Source: Heptranchias perlo (Eukaryota). Taken from it: 64,000 nucleotides of DNA. The stretch spans positions 1-64,000 of the forward strand of contig NW_027139591.1 in the NCBI RefSeq assembly GCF_035084215.1, in the 5' to 3' direction. Below the pieces are notes generated by a model. The model saw nothing but the letters and a program-made list of their open reading frames with translations, was not told the origin of the DNA and ran no database searches. Positions 1-13,269 of this stretch are shown here, in pieces. Numbering within the stretch: position 1 is the first letter of the stretch; each line of letters begins with the position of its first letter. The position numbers and the translations under genes are program-made.

Positions 1-3000
1 TGTCTCAGACCTTCTCCCTCTGAACAACCGTCTCTCTCCCCCTCACCTGTCCTCCTCTCTCCCCCTCACCTGTCCTCCTCTCTCTCCCTCACCTGTCCTC
101 CTCTCTCCCCCTCACCTGTCCTCCTCTCTCTCCCTCACCTGTCCTCCTCTCTCCCCCTCACCTGTCCTCCTCTCTCTCCCTCACCTGTCCTCCTCTCTCT
201 CCCTCACCTGTCCTCCTCTCTCTCCCCCTCACCTGCCCTCCTCTCTCCCCCTCACCTGTCCTCCTCTCTCTCCCCCTCACCTTTCCTCCTCTCTCTCCCT
301 CACCTGCCCTCCTCTCTCTCTCCCCCTCACCTGTCCTCCTCTCTCTCCCCCTCACCTTTCCTCCTCTCTCTCTCCCCCTCACCTGTCCTCCTCACCTTTC
401 CTCCTCTCTCTCCCCCTCACCTTTCCTCCTCTCTCTCCCTCACCTGCCCTCCTCTCTCTCCCCCTCACCTGTCCTCCTCTCTCTCCCTCACCTGTCCTCT
501 CTCTCTCCCCCTCACCTGTCCTCCTCTCTCTCCCCCTCACCTTTCCTCCTCTCTCTCGCTCACCTGCCCTCCTCTCTCTCCCCCTCACCTGTCCTCCTCT
601 CTCTCCCCCTCACCTTTCCTCCTCTCTCTCCCCCTCACCTTTCCTCCTCTCTCTCTCCCCCTCACCTGTCCTCCTCCCTCTCCCCCTCACCTTTCCTCCT
701 CTCTCTCCCCCTCACCTTTCCTCCTCTCTCTCCCTCACCTGCCCTCCTCTCTCTCCCCCTCACCTTTCCTCCTCTCTCTCCCTCACCTGTCCTCCTCTCT
801 CTCTCCCTCACCTGTCCTCTCTCTCTCTCTCCCTCACCTGTCCTCCTCTCTCTCCCCCTCACCTGCCCTCCTCTCTCTCCCCCTCACCTGTCCTCCTCTC
901 TCTCCCTCACCTGTCCTCTCTCTCTCCCCCTCACCTGTCCTCCTCTCTCTCCCCCTCACCTTTCCTCCTCTCTCTCGCTCACCTGCCCTCCTCTCTCTCC
1001 CCCTCACCTGTCCTCCTCTCTCTCCCCCTCACCTTTCCTCCTCTCTCTCCCCCTCACCTTTCCTCCTCTCTCTCTCCCCCTCACCTGTCCTCCTCCCTCT
1101 CCCCCTCACCTTTCCTCCTCTCTCTCCCCCTCACCTTTCCTCCTCTCTCTCCCTCACCTGCCCTCCTCTCTCTCCCCCTCACCTTTCCTCCTCTCTCTCC
1201 CTCACCTGTCCTCCTCTCTCTCTCCCTCACCTGTCCTCTCTCTCTCTCTCCCTCACCTGTCCTCCTCTCTCTCCCCCTCACCTGCCCTCCTCTCTCCCCC
1301 TCACCTGTCCTCCTCTCTCTCCCCCTCACCTTTCCTCCTCTCTCTCCCTCACCTGCCCTCCTCTCTCTCTCCCCCTCACCTGTCCTCCTCTCTCTCCCCC
1401 TCACCTTTCCTCCTCTCTCTCTCCCCCTCACCTGTCCTCCTCTCTCTCCCCCTCACCTTTCCTCCTCTCTCTCCCCCTCACCTTTCCTCCTCTCTCTCCC
1501 CCTCACCTGTCCTCCTCTCTCTCCCCCTCACCTGTCCTCCTCTCTCTCCCCCTCACCTTTCCTCCTCTCTCTCCCTCACCTGTCCTCCTCTCTCTCTCCC
1601 TCACCTGTCCTCTCTCTCTCCCCCTCACCTGTCCTCCTCTCTCTCCCCCTCACCTGTCCCCCTCACCTTTCCTCCTCTCTCCCCCTCACCTGTCCTCCTC
1701 TCTCCCCCTCACCTGTCCTCCTCTCTCCCCCTCACCTGTCCTCCTCTCTCCCCCTCACCTGTCCTCCTCTCTCTCCCCCTCACCTGTCCTCCTCTCTCTC
1801 CCCCTCACCTGTCCTCCTCTCTCTCCCCCCTCACCTGTCCTCCTCTCTCTCCCCCTCACCTGTCCTCCTCTCTCTCCACCTCACCTGTCCTCCTCTCTCT
1901 CCCCCTCACCTGTCCTCCTCTCTCTCCCCCTCAACCTGTCCCCCTCACCTTTCCTCCTCTCTCCCCTCACCTGTCCTCCTCTCTCTCCCCCTCACCTGTC
2001 CCCCTCACCTTTCCTCCTCTCTCCCCCTCACCTGTCCTCCTCTCTCCCCCTCATCTGTCCTCCTCTCTCTACCTCACCTGTCCTCCTCTCCCTCCCCCTC
2101 ACCTGTCCTCCACTCTCTCCCCCTCACCTGTCCTCCTCTCTCTCTCCCCCTCATCTGTCCTCCTCTCTCCTCCTCACCTGTCCTCCTCTCTCTCCCCCTC
2201 ACCTGTCCTCCTCTCTCTCCCCCTCACCTGTCCCCCTCACCTTTCCTCCTCTCTCCCCCTCACCTGTCCTCCTCTCTCTCCCCCTCACCTGTCCCCCTCA
2301 CCTTTCCTCCTCTCTCCCCCTCACCTGTCCTCCTCTCTCTCCCCCTCACCTGTCCCCCTCACCTGTCCTCCTCTCTCCCCCTCATCTGTCCTCCTCTCTC
2401 CACCTCACCTGTCCTCCTCTCTCTCCCCCTCACCTGTCCTCCTCTCTCTCCCCCTCACCTGTCCCCCTCACCTTTCCTCCTCTCTCCCCCTCACCTGTCC
2501 TCCTCTCTCTCCCCCTCAACTGTCCCCCTCACCTTTCCTCCTCTCTCCCCCTCACCTGTCCTCCTCTCTCTCCCCCTCACCTGTCCCCCTCACCTGTCCT
2601 CCTCTCTCCCCCTCATCTGTCCTCCTCTCTCCACCTCACCTGTCCTCCTCTCTCTCCCCCTCACCTGTCCTCCTCTCTCTCCCCGTCACCTGTCCTCCTC
2701 TCTCCCCCTCATCTGTCCTCCTCTCTCTACCTCACCTGTCCTCCTCTCTCTCCCCCTCACCTGTCCTCCTCTCTCTCCCCCTCACCTGTCCTCCTCTCTC
2801 TCCCCCTCACCTGTCCTCCTCTCTCTCCCCCTCACCTGTCCTCCTCTCTCCCCCTCACCTGTCCTCCTCTCTCTCCTATCCTCACCTGTCCTCCTCTCTC
2901 TCCCCCTCACCTGTCCTCCTCTCTCTCCCCCTCACCTGTCCTCCTCTCTCTCCCCCTCACCTGTCCTCCTCTCTCTCCCCCTCACCTGTCCTCCTCTCTC

Positions 3001-5200
3001 TCTCCCTCACCTGTCCTCCTCTCTCTCCTCCTCACCTGTCCTCGTCTCTCTCCCCCTCACCTGTCCTCCTCTCTCTCTCCCCCTCACCTGTCCTCCTCTC
3101 TCTCCCCCTCACCTGTCCTCCTCTCTCTCTCCCCCTCACCTGTCCTCCTCTCTCTCCCCCTCACCTGTCCTCCTCTCTCTCCCCCTCACCTGTCCTCCTC
3201 TCTCTCCCCCTCACCTGTCCTCCTCTCTCTCCCCCTCACCTGTCCTCCTCTCTCTCCCCCTCACCTGTCCTCCTCTCTCTCCCCCTCACCTGTCCTCCTC
3301 TCTCTCCCCCTCACCTGTCCTCCTCTCTCTCCCCCTCACCTGTCCTCCTCTCTCTCCCCCTCACCTGTCCTCCTCTCTCTCTCCCCCTCACCTGTCCTCC
3401 TCTCTCTCCCCCTCACCTGTCCTCCTCTCTCTCTCCCCCTCACCTGTCCTCCTCTCTCTCCCCCTCACCTGTCCTCCTCTCTCTCCCCCTCACCTGTCCT
3501 CCTCTCTCTCCCCCTCACCTGTCCTCCTCTCTCTCTCCCTCACCTGTCCTCCTCTCTCTCCCCCTCACCTGTCCTCCTCTCTCTCCCTCTCACCTGTCCT
3601 CCTCTCTCTCCCCCTCACCTGTCCTCCTCTCTCTCTCCCTCACCTGTCCTCCTCTCTCTCCCCCTCACCTGTCCTCCTCTCTCTCTCCCCCTCACCTGTC
3701 CTCCTCTCTCTCCCCCTCACCTGTCCTCCTCTCTCTCCCCCTCACCTGTCCTCCTCTCTCTCTCCCTCACCTGTCCTCCTCTCTCTCCCCCTCACCTGTC
3801 CTCCTCTCTCTCTCTCCTCACCTGTCCTCCTCTCTCTCCCCCTCACCTGTCCTCCTCTCTCTCTCTCTCCTCTCTCTCTCCCTCACCTGTCCTCCTCTCT
3901 CTCCCCCTCACCTGTCCTCCTCTCTCTCTCTCCTCACCTGTCCTCCTCTCTCTCCCCCTCACCTGTCCTCCTCTCTCTCTCTCTCCCCCTCACCTGTCCG
4001 CCTCTCTCTCTCCTCACCAGTCCTCCTCTCTCTCCCCCTCACCTGTCCTCTCTCTCTCTCCCCCTCACCTGTCCTCCTCTCTCTCCCCCTCACCTGTCCT
4101 CCTCTCTCTCCCCCTCACCTGTCCTCCTCTCTCTCCCCCTCACCTGTCCTCCTCTCTCTCCCCCTCACCTGTCCTCCTCTCTCTCCCCCTCACCTGTCCT
4201 CCTCTCCCCCCCTCACCTGTCCTCCTCTCTCTCCCCCTCACCTGTCCTCCTCTCTCTCCCCCTCACCTGTCCTCCTCTCTCTCCCCCTCACCTGTCCTCC
4301 TCTCTCTCCCCCTCACCTGTCCTCCTCTCTCTCCCCCTCACCTGTCCTCCTCTCCCCCCCTCACCTGTCCTCCTCTCTCTCCCCCTCAACTGTCCTCCTC
4401 TCTCTCCCCCTCACCTGTCCTCCTCTCCCCCCCTCACCTGTCCTCCTCTCTCTCCCCCTCACCTGTCCTCCTCTCTCTCCCCCTCACCTGTCCTCCTCTC
4501 TCTCCCCCTCACCTGTCCTCCTCTCTCTTCCCCTCACCTGTCCTCCTCTCTCTCTCTCTCCTCTCTCTCTCTCCCCCCTCACCTGTCCTCCTCTCTCTCC
4601 CCCTCACCTGTCCTCCTCTCTCTCCCCCTCACCTGTCCTCCTCTCTCTCCCCCTCACCTGTCCTCCTCTCTCTCCCCCTCACCTGTCCTCCTCTCTCTCC
4701 CCCTCACCTGTCCTCCTCTCTCTCCCCCTCACCTGTCCTCCTCTCTCCCCCTCACCTGTCCTCCTCTCTCTCCCCCTCACCTGTCCTCCTCTCTCTCCCC
4801 CTCACCTGTCCTCCTCTCTCTCTCCCTCACCTGTCCTCCTCTCTCTCCTCCTCACCTGTCCTCGTCTCTCTCCCCCTCACCTGTCCTCGTCTCTCTCCCC
4901 CTCACCTGTCCTCCTCTCTCTCCCCCTCACCTGTCCTCCTCTCTCTCTCTCTCCTCTCTCTCCCCCTCACCTGTCCTCCTCTCTCTCCCCCTCACCTGTC
5001 CTCCTCTCTCTCTCCCCCTCACCTGTCCTCCTCTCTCTCTCCCCCTCACCTGTCCTCCTCTCTCTCTCCCCCTCACCTGTCCTCCTCTCTCTCCCCCTCA
5101 CCTGTCCTCCTCTCTCTCCCCCTCACCTGTCCTCCTCTCTCTCCCCCTCACCTGTCCTCCTCTCTCTCTCTCTCCTCTCTCTCTTTCTCCTTCTCTCTCT
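1..5200. repeat. Pyrimidine-rich minisatellite, ~25-bp unit CTCACCTGTCCTCCTCTCTCTCCCC (~200 copies, runs off window edge)
   Basis: Unit read directly, with variable (CT)n length. A ~419-bp block recurs near 662 and 1081. The minus strand of each unit contains CAG/GTGAG. Confidence 0.97.
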
Positions 5201-8200
5201 CTCCGTGACGGAGCCTCTGACCGTCTCCCCAGAGTGCACCGGGGCCGCGGGCGGACCGCTTTCCGAGCCGCGCGGCCTTGTGGGTAATGAGCACCGCCAT
5301 TGCTGCTCCCAGACTGACCAAAACACCAGACAGACAGGGGGGAATCTCACCATCAGTCACCGCTCCCAGACTGACCAAAACACCAGACAGACAGGGGGGA
5401 ATCTCACCATCAATCACCGCTCCCAGACTGACCAAAACACCAGACAGACAGGGGGGAATCTCACCATCAGTGACCGCTCCCAGACTGACCAAAACACCAG
5501 ACAGACAGAGGGGAATCTCACCATCAATCACCACTCCCAGACTGACCAAAACACCAGACAGACAGGGGGGAATCTCACCATCAGTGACCGCTCCCAGACT
5601 GACCAAAACACCAGACAGACAGAGGGGAATCTCACCATCAGTCACCGCTCACAGACTGACCAAAACACCAGACAGACAGGGGGGAATCTCACCATCAGTC
5701 ACCGCTCCCAGACTGACCAAAACACCAGACAGACAGGGGGGAATCTCACCATCAGTCACCGCTCCCAGACTGACCAAAACACCAGACAGACAGGGGGGAA
5801 TCTCACCATCAGTCACCGCTCCCAGACTGACCAAAACACCAGACAGACAGGGGGGAATCTCACCATCAGTCACCGCTCCCAGACTGACCAAAACACCAGA
5901 CAGACAGGGGGGAATCTCACCATCAGTGACCGCTCCCAGACTGACGAAAACACCAGACAGACAGGGGGGAATCCCTCCATCAATCACCGCTCCCAGACTG
6001 ACCAAAACACCAGACAGACAGGGGGGAATCTCACCATCAATCACCGCTCCCAGACTGACCAAAACACCAGACAGACAGGGGGGAATCTCACCATCAATCA
6101 CCGCTCCCAGACTGACCAAAACACCAGACAGACAGGGGGAATCTCACCATCAGTGACCGCTCCCAGACTGACCAAAACACCAGACAGACAGGGGGGAATC
6201 TCACCATCAGTGACCGCTCCCAGACTGACCAAAACACCAGACAGACAGGGGGGAATCTCACCGTCAATCACCGCTCCCAGACTGACCAAAACACCCGACA
6301 GACAGAGGGGAATCTCACCATCAGTGACCGCTCCCAGACTGACCAAAACACCAGACAGACAGGGGGGAATCTCACCATCAGTGACCGCTCCCAGACTGAC
6401 CAAAACACCAGACAGACAGGGGGGAATCTCACCGTCAATCACCGCTCCCAGACTGACCAAAACACCCGACAGACAGAGGGGGAATCTCACCATCAGTGAC
6501 CGCTCCCAGACTGACCAAAACACCAGACAGACAGGGGGGAATCTCACCATCAGTGACCGCTCCCAGACTGACCAAAACACCAGACAGACAGGGGGGAATC
6601 TCACCATCAATCACCGCTCCCAGACTGACCAAAACACCAGACAGACAGAGGGGAATCTCACCATCAGTGACCGCTCCCAGACTGACCAAAACACCAGACA
6701 GACAGGGGGGAATCTCACCATCAATCACCGCTCCCAGACTGACCAAAACACCAGACAGACAGGGGGGAATCTCACCATCAGTCACCGCTCCCAGACTGAC
6801 CAAAACACCAGACAGACAGGGGGGAATCTCACCATCAATCACCGCTCCCAGACTGACCAAAACACCAGACAGACAGGGGGGAATCCCACCATCAATCACC
6901 GCTCCCAGACTGACCAAAACACCAGACAGACAGGGGGGAATCTCACCATCAATCACCGCTCCCAGACTGACCAAAACACCAGACAGACAGGGGGAGAATC
7001 CCACCATCAGTGACCGCTCCCAGACTGACCAAAACACCAGACAGACAGGGGGGAATCTCACCATCAATCACCGCTCCCAGACTGACCAAAACACCAGACA
7101 GACAGGGGGGAATCTCACCATCAGTCACCGCTCCCAGACTGACCAAAACACCAGACAGACAGGGGGGAATCTCACCATCAATCACCGCTCCCAGACTGAC
7201 CAAAACACCAGACAGACAGGGGGGAATCTCACCATCAGTCACCGCTCCCAGACTGACCAAAACACCAGACAGACAGGGGGGAATCTCACCATCAGTGACC
7301 GCTCCCAGACTGACCAAAACACCAGACAGACAGAGGGGGAATCTCACCTTCAATCACCGCTCCCAGACTGACCAAAACACCAGACAGACAGAGGGGAATC
7401 TCACCATCAGTGACCGCTCCCAGACTGACCAAAACACCAGACAGACAGAGGGGAATCTCACCATCAATCACCGCTCCCAGACTGACCAAAACACCAGACA
7501 GACATGGGGGAATCTCACCATCAATCACCGCTCCCAGACTGACCAAAACACCAGACAGACAGAGGGGAATCCCACCATCAATCACCGCTCCCAGACTGAC
7601 CAAAACACCAGACAGACATGGGGGAATCCCACCATCAATCACCGCTCCCAGACTGACCAAAACACCAGACAGACAGGGGGGAATCTCACCATCAATCACC
7701 GCTCCCAGACTGACCAAAACACCAGACAGACAGAGGGGAATCTCACCATCAGTCACCGCTCCCAGACTGACCAAAACACCAGACAGACATGGGGGAATCT
7801 CACCATCAATCCCCGCTCCCAGACTGACCAAAACACCAGACAGACAGGGGGGAATCTCACCATCAATCACCGCTCCCAGACTGACCAAAACACCAGACAG
7901 ACATGGGGGAATCTCACCATCAATCACCGCTCCCAGACTGACCAAAACACCAGACAGACAGGGGGGAATCTCACCATCAATCACCGCTCCCAGACTGACC
8001 AAAACACCAGACAGACAGAGGGGAATCCCACCATCAATCACCGCTCCCAGACTGACCAAAACACCAGACAGACATGGGGGAATCTCACCATCAATCACCG
8101 CTCCCAGACTGACCAAAACACCAGACAGACAGGGGGGAATCTCACCATCAATCACCGCTCCCAGACTGACCAAAACACCAGACAGACAGAGGGGAATCTC

Positions 8201-11200
8201 ACCATCAGTCACCGCTCCCAGACTGACCAAAACACCAGACAGACATGGGGGAATCTCACCATCAATCACCGCTCCCAGACTGACCAAAACACCAGACAGA
8301 CAGGGGGGAATCTCACCATCAATCACCGCTCCCAGACTGACCAAAACACCAGACAGACATGGAGGAATCTCACCATCAATCACCGCTCCCAGACTGACCA
8401 AAACACCAGACAGACAGGGGGGAATCCCACCATCAATCACCGCTCCCAGACTGACCAAAACATCAGACAGACAGGGCGGAATCTCACCATCAATCACCAC
8501 TCCCAGACTGACCAAAACACCAGACAGACAGAGGGGAATCTCACCATCAATCACCGCTCCCAGACTGACCAAAACACCAGACAGACAGAGGGGAATCTCA
8601 CCATCAATCACCGCTCCCAGACTGACCAAAACACCAGACAGACAAGGGGGAATCTCACCATCAGTGACCGCTCCCAGACTGACCAAAACACCAGACAGAC
8701 AGAGGGGGAATCTCACCATCAGTGACCGCTCCCAGACTGACCAAAACACCAGACAGACAGAGGGGAATCTCACCATCAGTGACCGCTCCCAGACTGACCA
8801 AAACACCAGACAGACAGAGGGGAATCTCACCATTAGTCACCGCTCCCAGACTGACCAAAACACCAGACAGACAGGGGGGAATCCCACCATCAATCACCGC
8901 TCCCAGACTGACCAAAACACCAGACAGACAGGGGGGAATCTCACCATCAATCACCGCTCCCAGACTGACCAAAACACCAGACAGACAGAGGGGAATCTCA
9001 CCATCAGTCACCGCTCCCAGACTGACCAAAACACCAGACAGACAGAGGGGAATCTCACCATCAGTCACCGCTCCCAGACTGACCAAAACACCAGACAGAC
9101 AGAGGGGAATCTCACCATCAGTCACCGCTCCCAGACTGACCAAAACACCAGACAGACAGAGGGGGAATCTCACCATCAGTCACCGCTCCCAGACTGACCA
9201 AAACACCAGACAGACAGAGGGGAATCTCACCATCAATCACCACTCCCAGGCTGACCAAAACACCAGACAGACAGGGGGGGAATCTCACCATCAGACACCG
9301 CTCCCAGACTGACCAAAACACCAGACAGGGGGGAATCCCACCATCAATCACCGCTCCCAGACTGAGCAAAACACCAGACAGACAGAGGGGAATCTCACCA
9401 TCAGTGACCGCTCCCAGACTGACCAAAACACCAGACAGACAGAGGGGAATCTCACCATTAGTCACCGCTCCCAGACTGACCAAAACACCAGACAGACAGG
9501 GGGGAATCCCACCATCAATCACCGCTCCCAGACTGACCAAAACACCAGACAGACTGGGGGGAATCTCACCATCAATCACCGCTCCCAGACTGACCAAAAC
9601 ACCAGACAGATAGAGGGGAATCTCACCATCAATCACCACTCCCAGGCTGACCAAAACACCAGACAGACACGGGGGGGAATCTCACCATCAGTGACCGCTC
9701 CCAGACTGACCAAAACACCAGACAGACAGAGGGGGAATCTCACCATCAGTGACCGCTCCCAGACTGACCAAAACACCAGACAGACAGAGGGGAATCTCAC
9801 CATCAGTCACCGCTCCCAGACTGACCAAAACACCAGACAGACAGAGGGGAATCTCACCATCAGTCACCGCTCCCAGACTGACCAAAACACCAGACAGACA
9901 GAGGGGAATCTCACCATCAGTCACCGCTCCCAGACTGACCAAAACACCAGACAGACAGAGGGGAATCTCACCATCAGTCACCGCTCCCAGACTGACCAAA
10001 ACACCAGACAGACAGAGGGGGATCTCACCATCAGTCACCGCTCCCAGACTGACCAAAACACCAGACAGACAGAGGGGAATCTCACCATCAGTGACCGCTC
10101 CCAGACTGAACAAAACACCAGACAGACAGAGGGGAATCCCACCATCAGTCACCGCTCCCAGACTGACCAAAACACCAGACAGACAGGGGGGAATCTCACC
10201 ATCAGTGACCGCTCCCAGACTGACCAAAACACCAGACAGACAGAGGGGAATCTCACCATCAGTGACCGCTCCCAGACTGACCAAAACACCAGACAGACAG
10301 AGGGGAATCCCACCATCAGTCACCGCTCCCAGACTGACCAAAACACCAGACAGACAGGGGGGGAATCTCATCATCAGACACCACTCCCAGACTGACCAAA
10401 ACACCAGACAGGGGGGAATCCCACCATCAATCACCGCTCCCAGACTGACCAAAACACCAGACAGACAGGGGAGAATCCCACCATCAATCACCGCTCCCAG
10501 ACTGACCAAAACACCAGACAGACAGGGGGGAATCTCACCATCAATCACCGCTCCCAGACTGACCAAAACACCAGACAGACAGGGGAGAATCCCACCATCA
10601 ATCACCGCTCCCAGACTGACCAAAACACCAGACAGACAGAGGGGAATCTCACCATGAATCACCGCTCCCAGACTGACCAAAACACCAGACAGACAGGGGA
10701 GAATCCCACCATCAATCACCGCTCCCAGACTGACCAAAACACCAGACAGACAGGGGGGAATCTCACCATCAATCACCGCTCCCAGACTGAGCAAAACACC
10801 AGACAGACAGGGGGGAATCCCACCATCAGTCACCGCTCCCAGACTGACCAAAACACCAGACAGACAGGGGGGAATCTCACCATCAATCACCGCTCCCAGA
10901 CTGACCAAAACACCAGACAGACAGAGGGGAATCTCACAATCAATCACCGCTCCCAGACTGACCAAAACACCAGACAGACAGAGGGGAATCTCACCATGAA
11001 TCACCGCTCCCAGACTGACCAAAACACCAGACAGACAGAGGGGAATCTCTCCATTAATCACCGCTCCCAGACTGACCAAAACACCAGACAGACAGGGGGG
11101 AATCTCACCATCAGTCACCGCTCCCAGACTGACCAAAACACCAGACAGACAGGGGGGAATCTCACCATCAGTCACCGCTCCCAGACTGACCAAAACACCA

Positions 11201-12762
11201 GACAGACAGGGGGGAATCCCACCATCAATCACCGCTCCCAGACTGACCAAAACACCAGACAGACAGAGGGGAATCTCACCATCAATCACCGCTCCCAGAC
11301 TGACCAAAACACCAGACAGACAGGGGGGAATCCCACCATCAGTCACCGCTCCCAGACTGACCAAAACACCAGACAGACAGGGGAGAATCCCACCATCAAT
11401 CACCGCTCCCAGACTGACCAAAACACCAGACAGACAGAGGGGAATCTCACCATGAATCACCGCTCCCAGACTGACCAAAACACCAGACAGACAGGGGAGA
11501 ATCCCACCATCAATCACCGCTCCCAGACTGACCAAAACACCAGACAGACAGGGGGGAATCTCACCATTAATCACCGCTCCCAGACTGAGCAAAACACCAG
11601 ACAGACAGGGGGGAATCCCACCATCAGTCACCGCTCCCAGACTGACCAAAACACCAGACAGACAGGGGGGAATCTCACCATCAATCACCGCTCCCAGACT
11701 GACCAAAACACCAGACAGACAGAGGGGAATCTCACAATCAATCACCGCTCCCAGACTGACCAAAACACCAGACAGACAGGGGGGAATCTCACCATCAATC
11801 ACCTGTCCCAGACTGACCAAAACACCAGACAGACAGGGGGGGAATCCCACCATCAATCACCGCTCCCAGACTGACCAAAACACCAGACAGACAGGGGGGA
11901 ATCTCACCATCAATCACCGCTCCCAGACTGACCAAAACACCAGACAGACAGGGGGGAATCCCACCATCAGTCACCGCTCCCAGACTGACCAAAACACCAG
12001 ACAGACAGGGGGGAATCCCACCATCAGTCACCGCTCCCAGACTGACCAAAACACCAGACAGACAGAGGGGAATCTCACCATCAATCACCGCTCCCAGACT
12101 GACCAAAACACCAGACAGACAGGGGGGAATCTCACCATCAGTGACCGCTCCCAGACTGACCAAAACACCAGACAGACAGAGGGGGAATCTCACCATCAGT
12201 GACCGCTCCCAGACTGACCAAAACACCAGACAGACAGGGGGGAATCCCACCATCAATCACCGCTCCCAGACTGACCAAAACACCAGACAGACACGGGGGG
12301 AATCTCACCATCAGTCACCGCTCCCAGACTGACCAAAACACCAGACAGACAGGGGGGGAATCTCACCATCAGTGACCGCTCCCAGACTGACCAAAACACC
12401 AGACAGACACGGGGGGAATCTCACCATCAGTGACCGCTCCCAGACTGACCAAAACACCAGACAGACAGAGGGGGAATCTCACCATCAGTGACCGCTCCCA
12501 GACTGACCAAAACACCAGACAGACAGGGGGGAATCCCACCATCAATCACCGCTCCCAGACTGACCAAAACACCAGACAGACACGGGGGGAATCTCACCAT
12601 CAGTCACCGCTCCCAGACTGACCAAAACACCAGACAGACAGGGGGGAATCTCACCATCAGTCACCGCTCCCAGACTGACCAAAACACCAGACAGACAGGG
12701 GGGAATCCCACCATTGATCAGCCGGGATGCGCTGTGAAGCTGGATCGCTTTCATGCCTCGAT
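5148..12762 (-). CDS. Putative TM/cytoplasmic exon of a single-pass membrane protein, interrupted by a 57-bp VNTR (possibly inactivated)
   Basis: Acceptor is the first AG after a pyrimidine tract (ttctcttttctctctc...ggaag/ at 12763). With the repeats collapsed, the phase-1 frame reads RGMKAIQLHSASRLINGGIPPCLSGVLVSLGAAMAVLITHKAARLGKRSARG..., i.e. a hydrophobic span then a basic stop-transfer. It ends at a donor at 5152 or TGA at 5148. Confidence 0.6.
5303..12722. repeat. 57-bp minisatellite, ~130 copies (CACCGCTCCCAGACTGACCAAAACACCAGACAGACAGGGGGGAATCTCACCATCAAT/GT)
   Basis: Unit read directly; 19-aa periodicity in all overlapping ORFs. G-run length variants shift the frames. Confidence 0.98.
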
Positions 12763-12874
12763 CTTCCGTGAATATCCAAGTGGAATTGGATGAGAGAGAA
12801 AAGAGAATCCAGTTCCCGATCAAGAGACATTATTATCCGGGAAGTGTCCAGTTCCCCCATCGATTCCCCGTTAC

Positions 12875-12976
12875 ATTTGAGACTGATGGGCTTCCATGAG
12901 GAATTGTCACTTGGCCCAGGTTGTTCTTCAGCAGCTCGAATTCCATTCCACGCAGAGATTCTTTTTACAGAGAAAA
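12875..12976 (-). CDS. Putative 102-bp stalk exon of the minus-strand membrane protein gene
   Basis: tttacag/ acceptor and /gtaacg donor; phase 1-1; open frame FSVKRISAWNGIRAAEEQPGPSDNSSWKPISLK. It joins in frame to both neighbours across 104- and 112-bp introns. Confidence 0.6.
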
Positions 12977-13080
12977 CTGTAAAATACTTTTAGTTTCAGG
13001 AAAATCAACAAGTTCCCACAAAGTAAATGCGCGACCCACAGGGCTGATTGGAGAGGAATCAGTGGGTGATTGAAACTCAC

Positions 13081-13149
13081 AGCTCAGCAAGGAGTCTTTC
13101 CCCTTCTGAGTGTCAGAGAATTGTCCCCCAACAGCCCGTGACTTTCCAT
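13081..13149 (-). CDS. Putative 69-bp exon of the minus-strand membrane protein gene
   Basis: aatag/ acceptor and /gtgagt donor; phase 1-1; GKSRAVGGQFSDTQKGKDSLLS. A paralogous copy at ~49.8 kb differs mostly at synonymous sites. Confidence 0.68.
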
Positions 13150-13269
13150 CTATTTCAATTAACGATCATAAAATCATGGACTGGAATGTGTAATTTCCTA
13201 ATGTGCCCCCTCTCCCCACACAACCTGCTTCCCCCCCAGTCCAGGGGCGCTGATCGCCGAGGGACACAG

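Noticed and set aside
5205-12793. Long plus-strand mucin-like ORFs (TAPRLTKTPDRQGGISPSV / GGNLTISHRSQTDQNTRQT)
   Set aside because: Open in several frames only because the 57-bp unit lacks stops. Frames switch at G-runs, and the splice signals and unique flanks support the minus strand.
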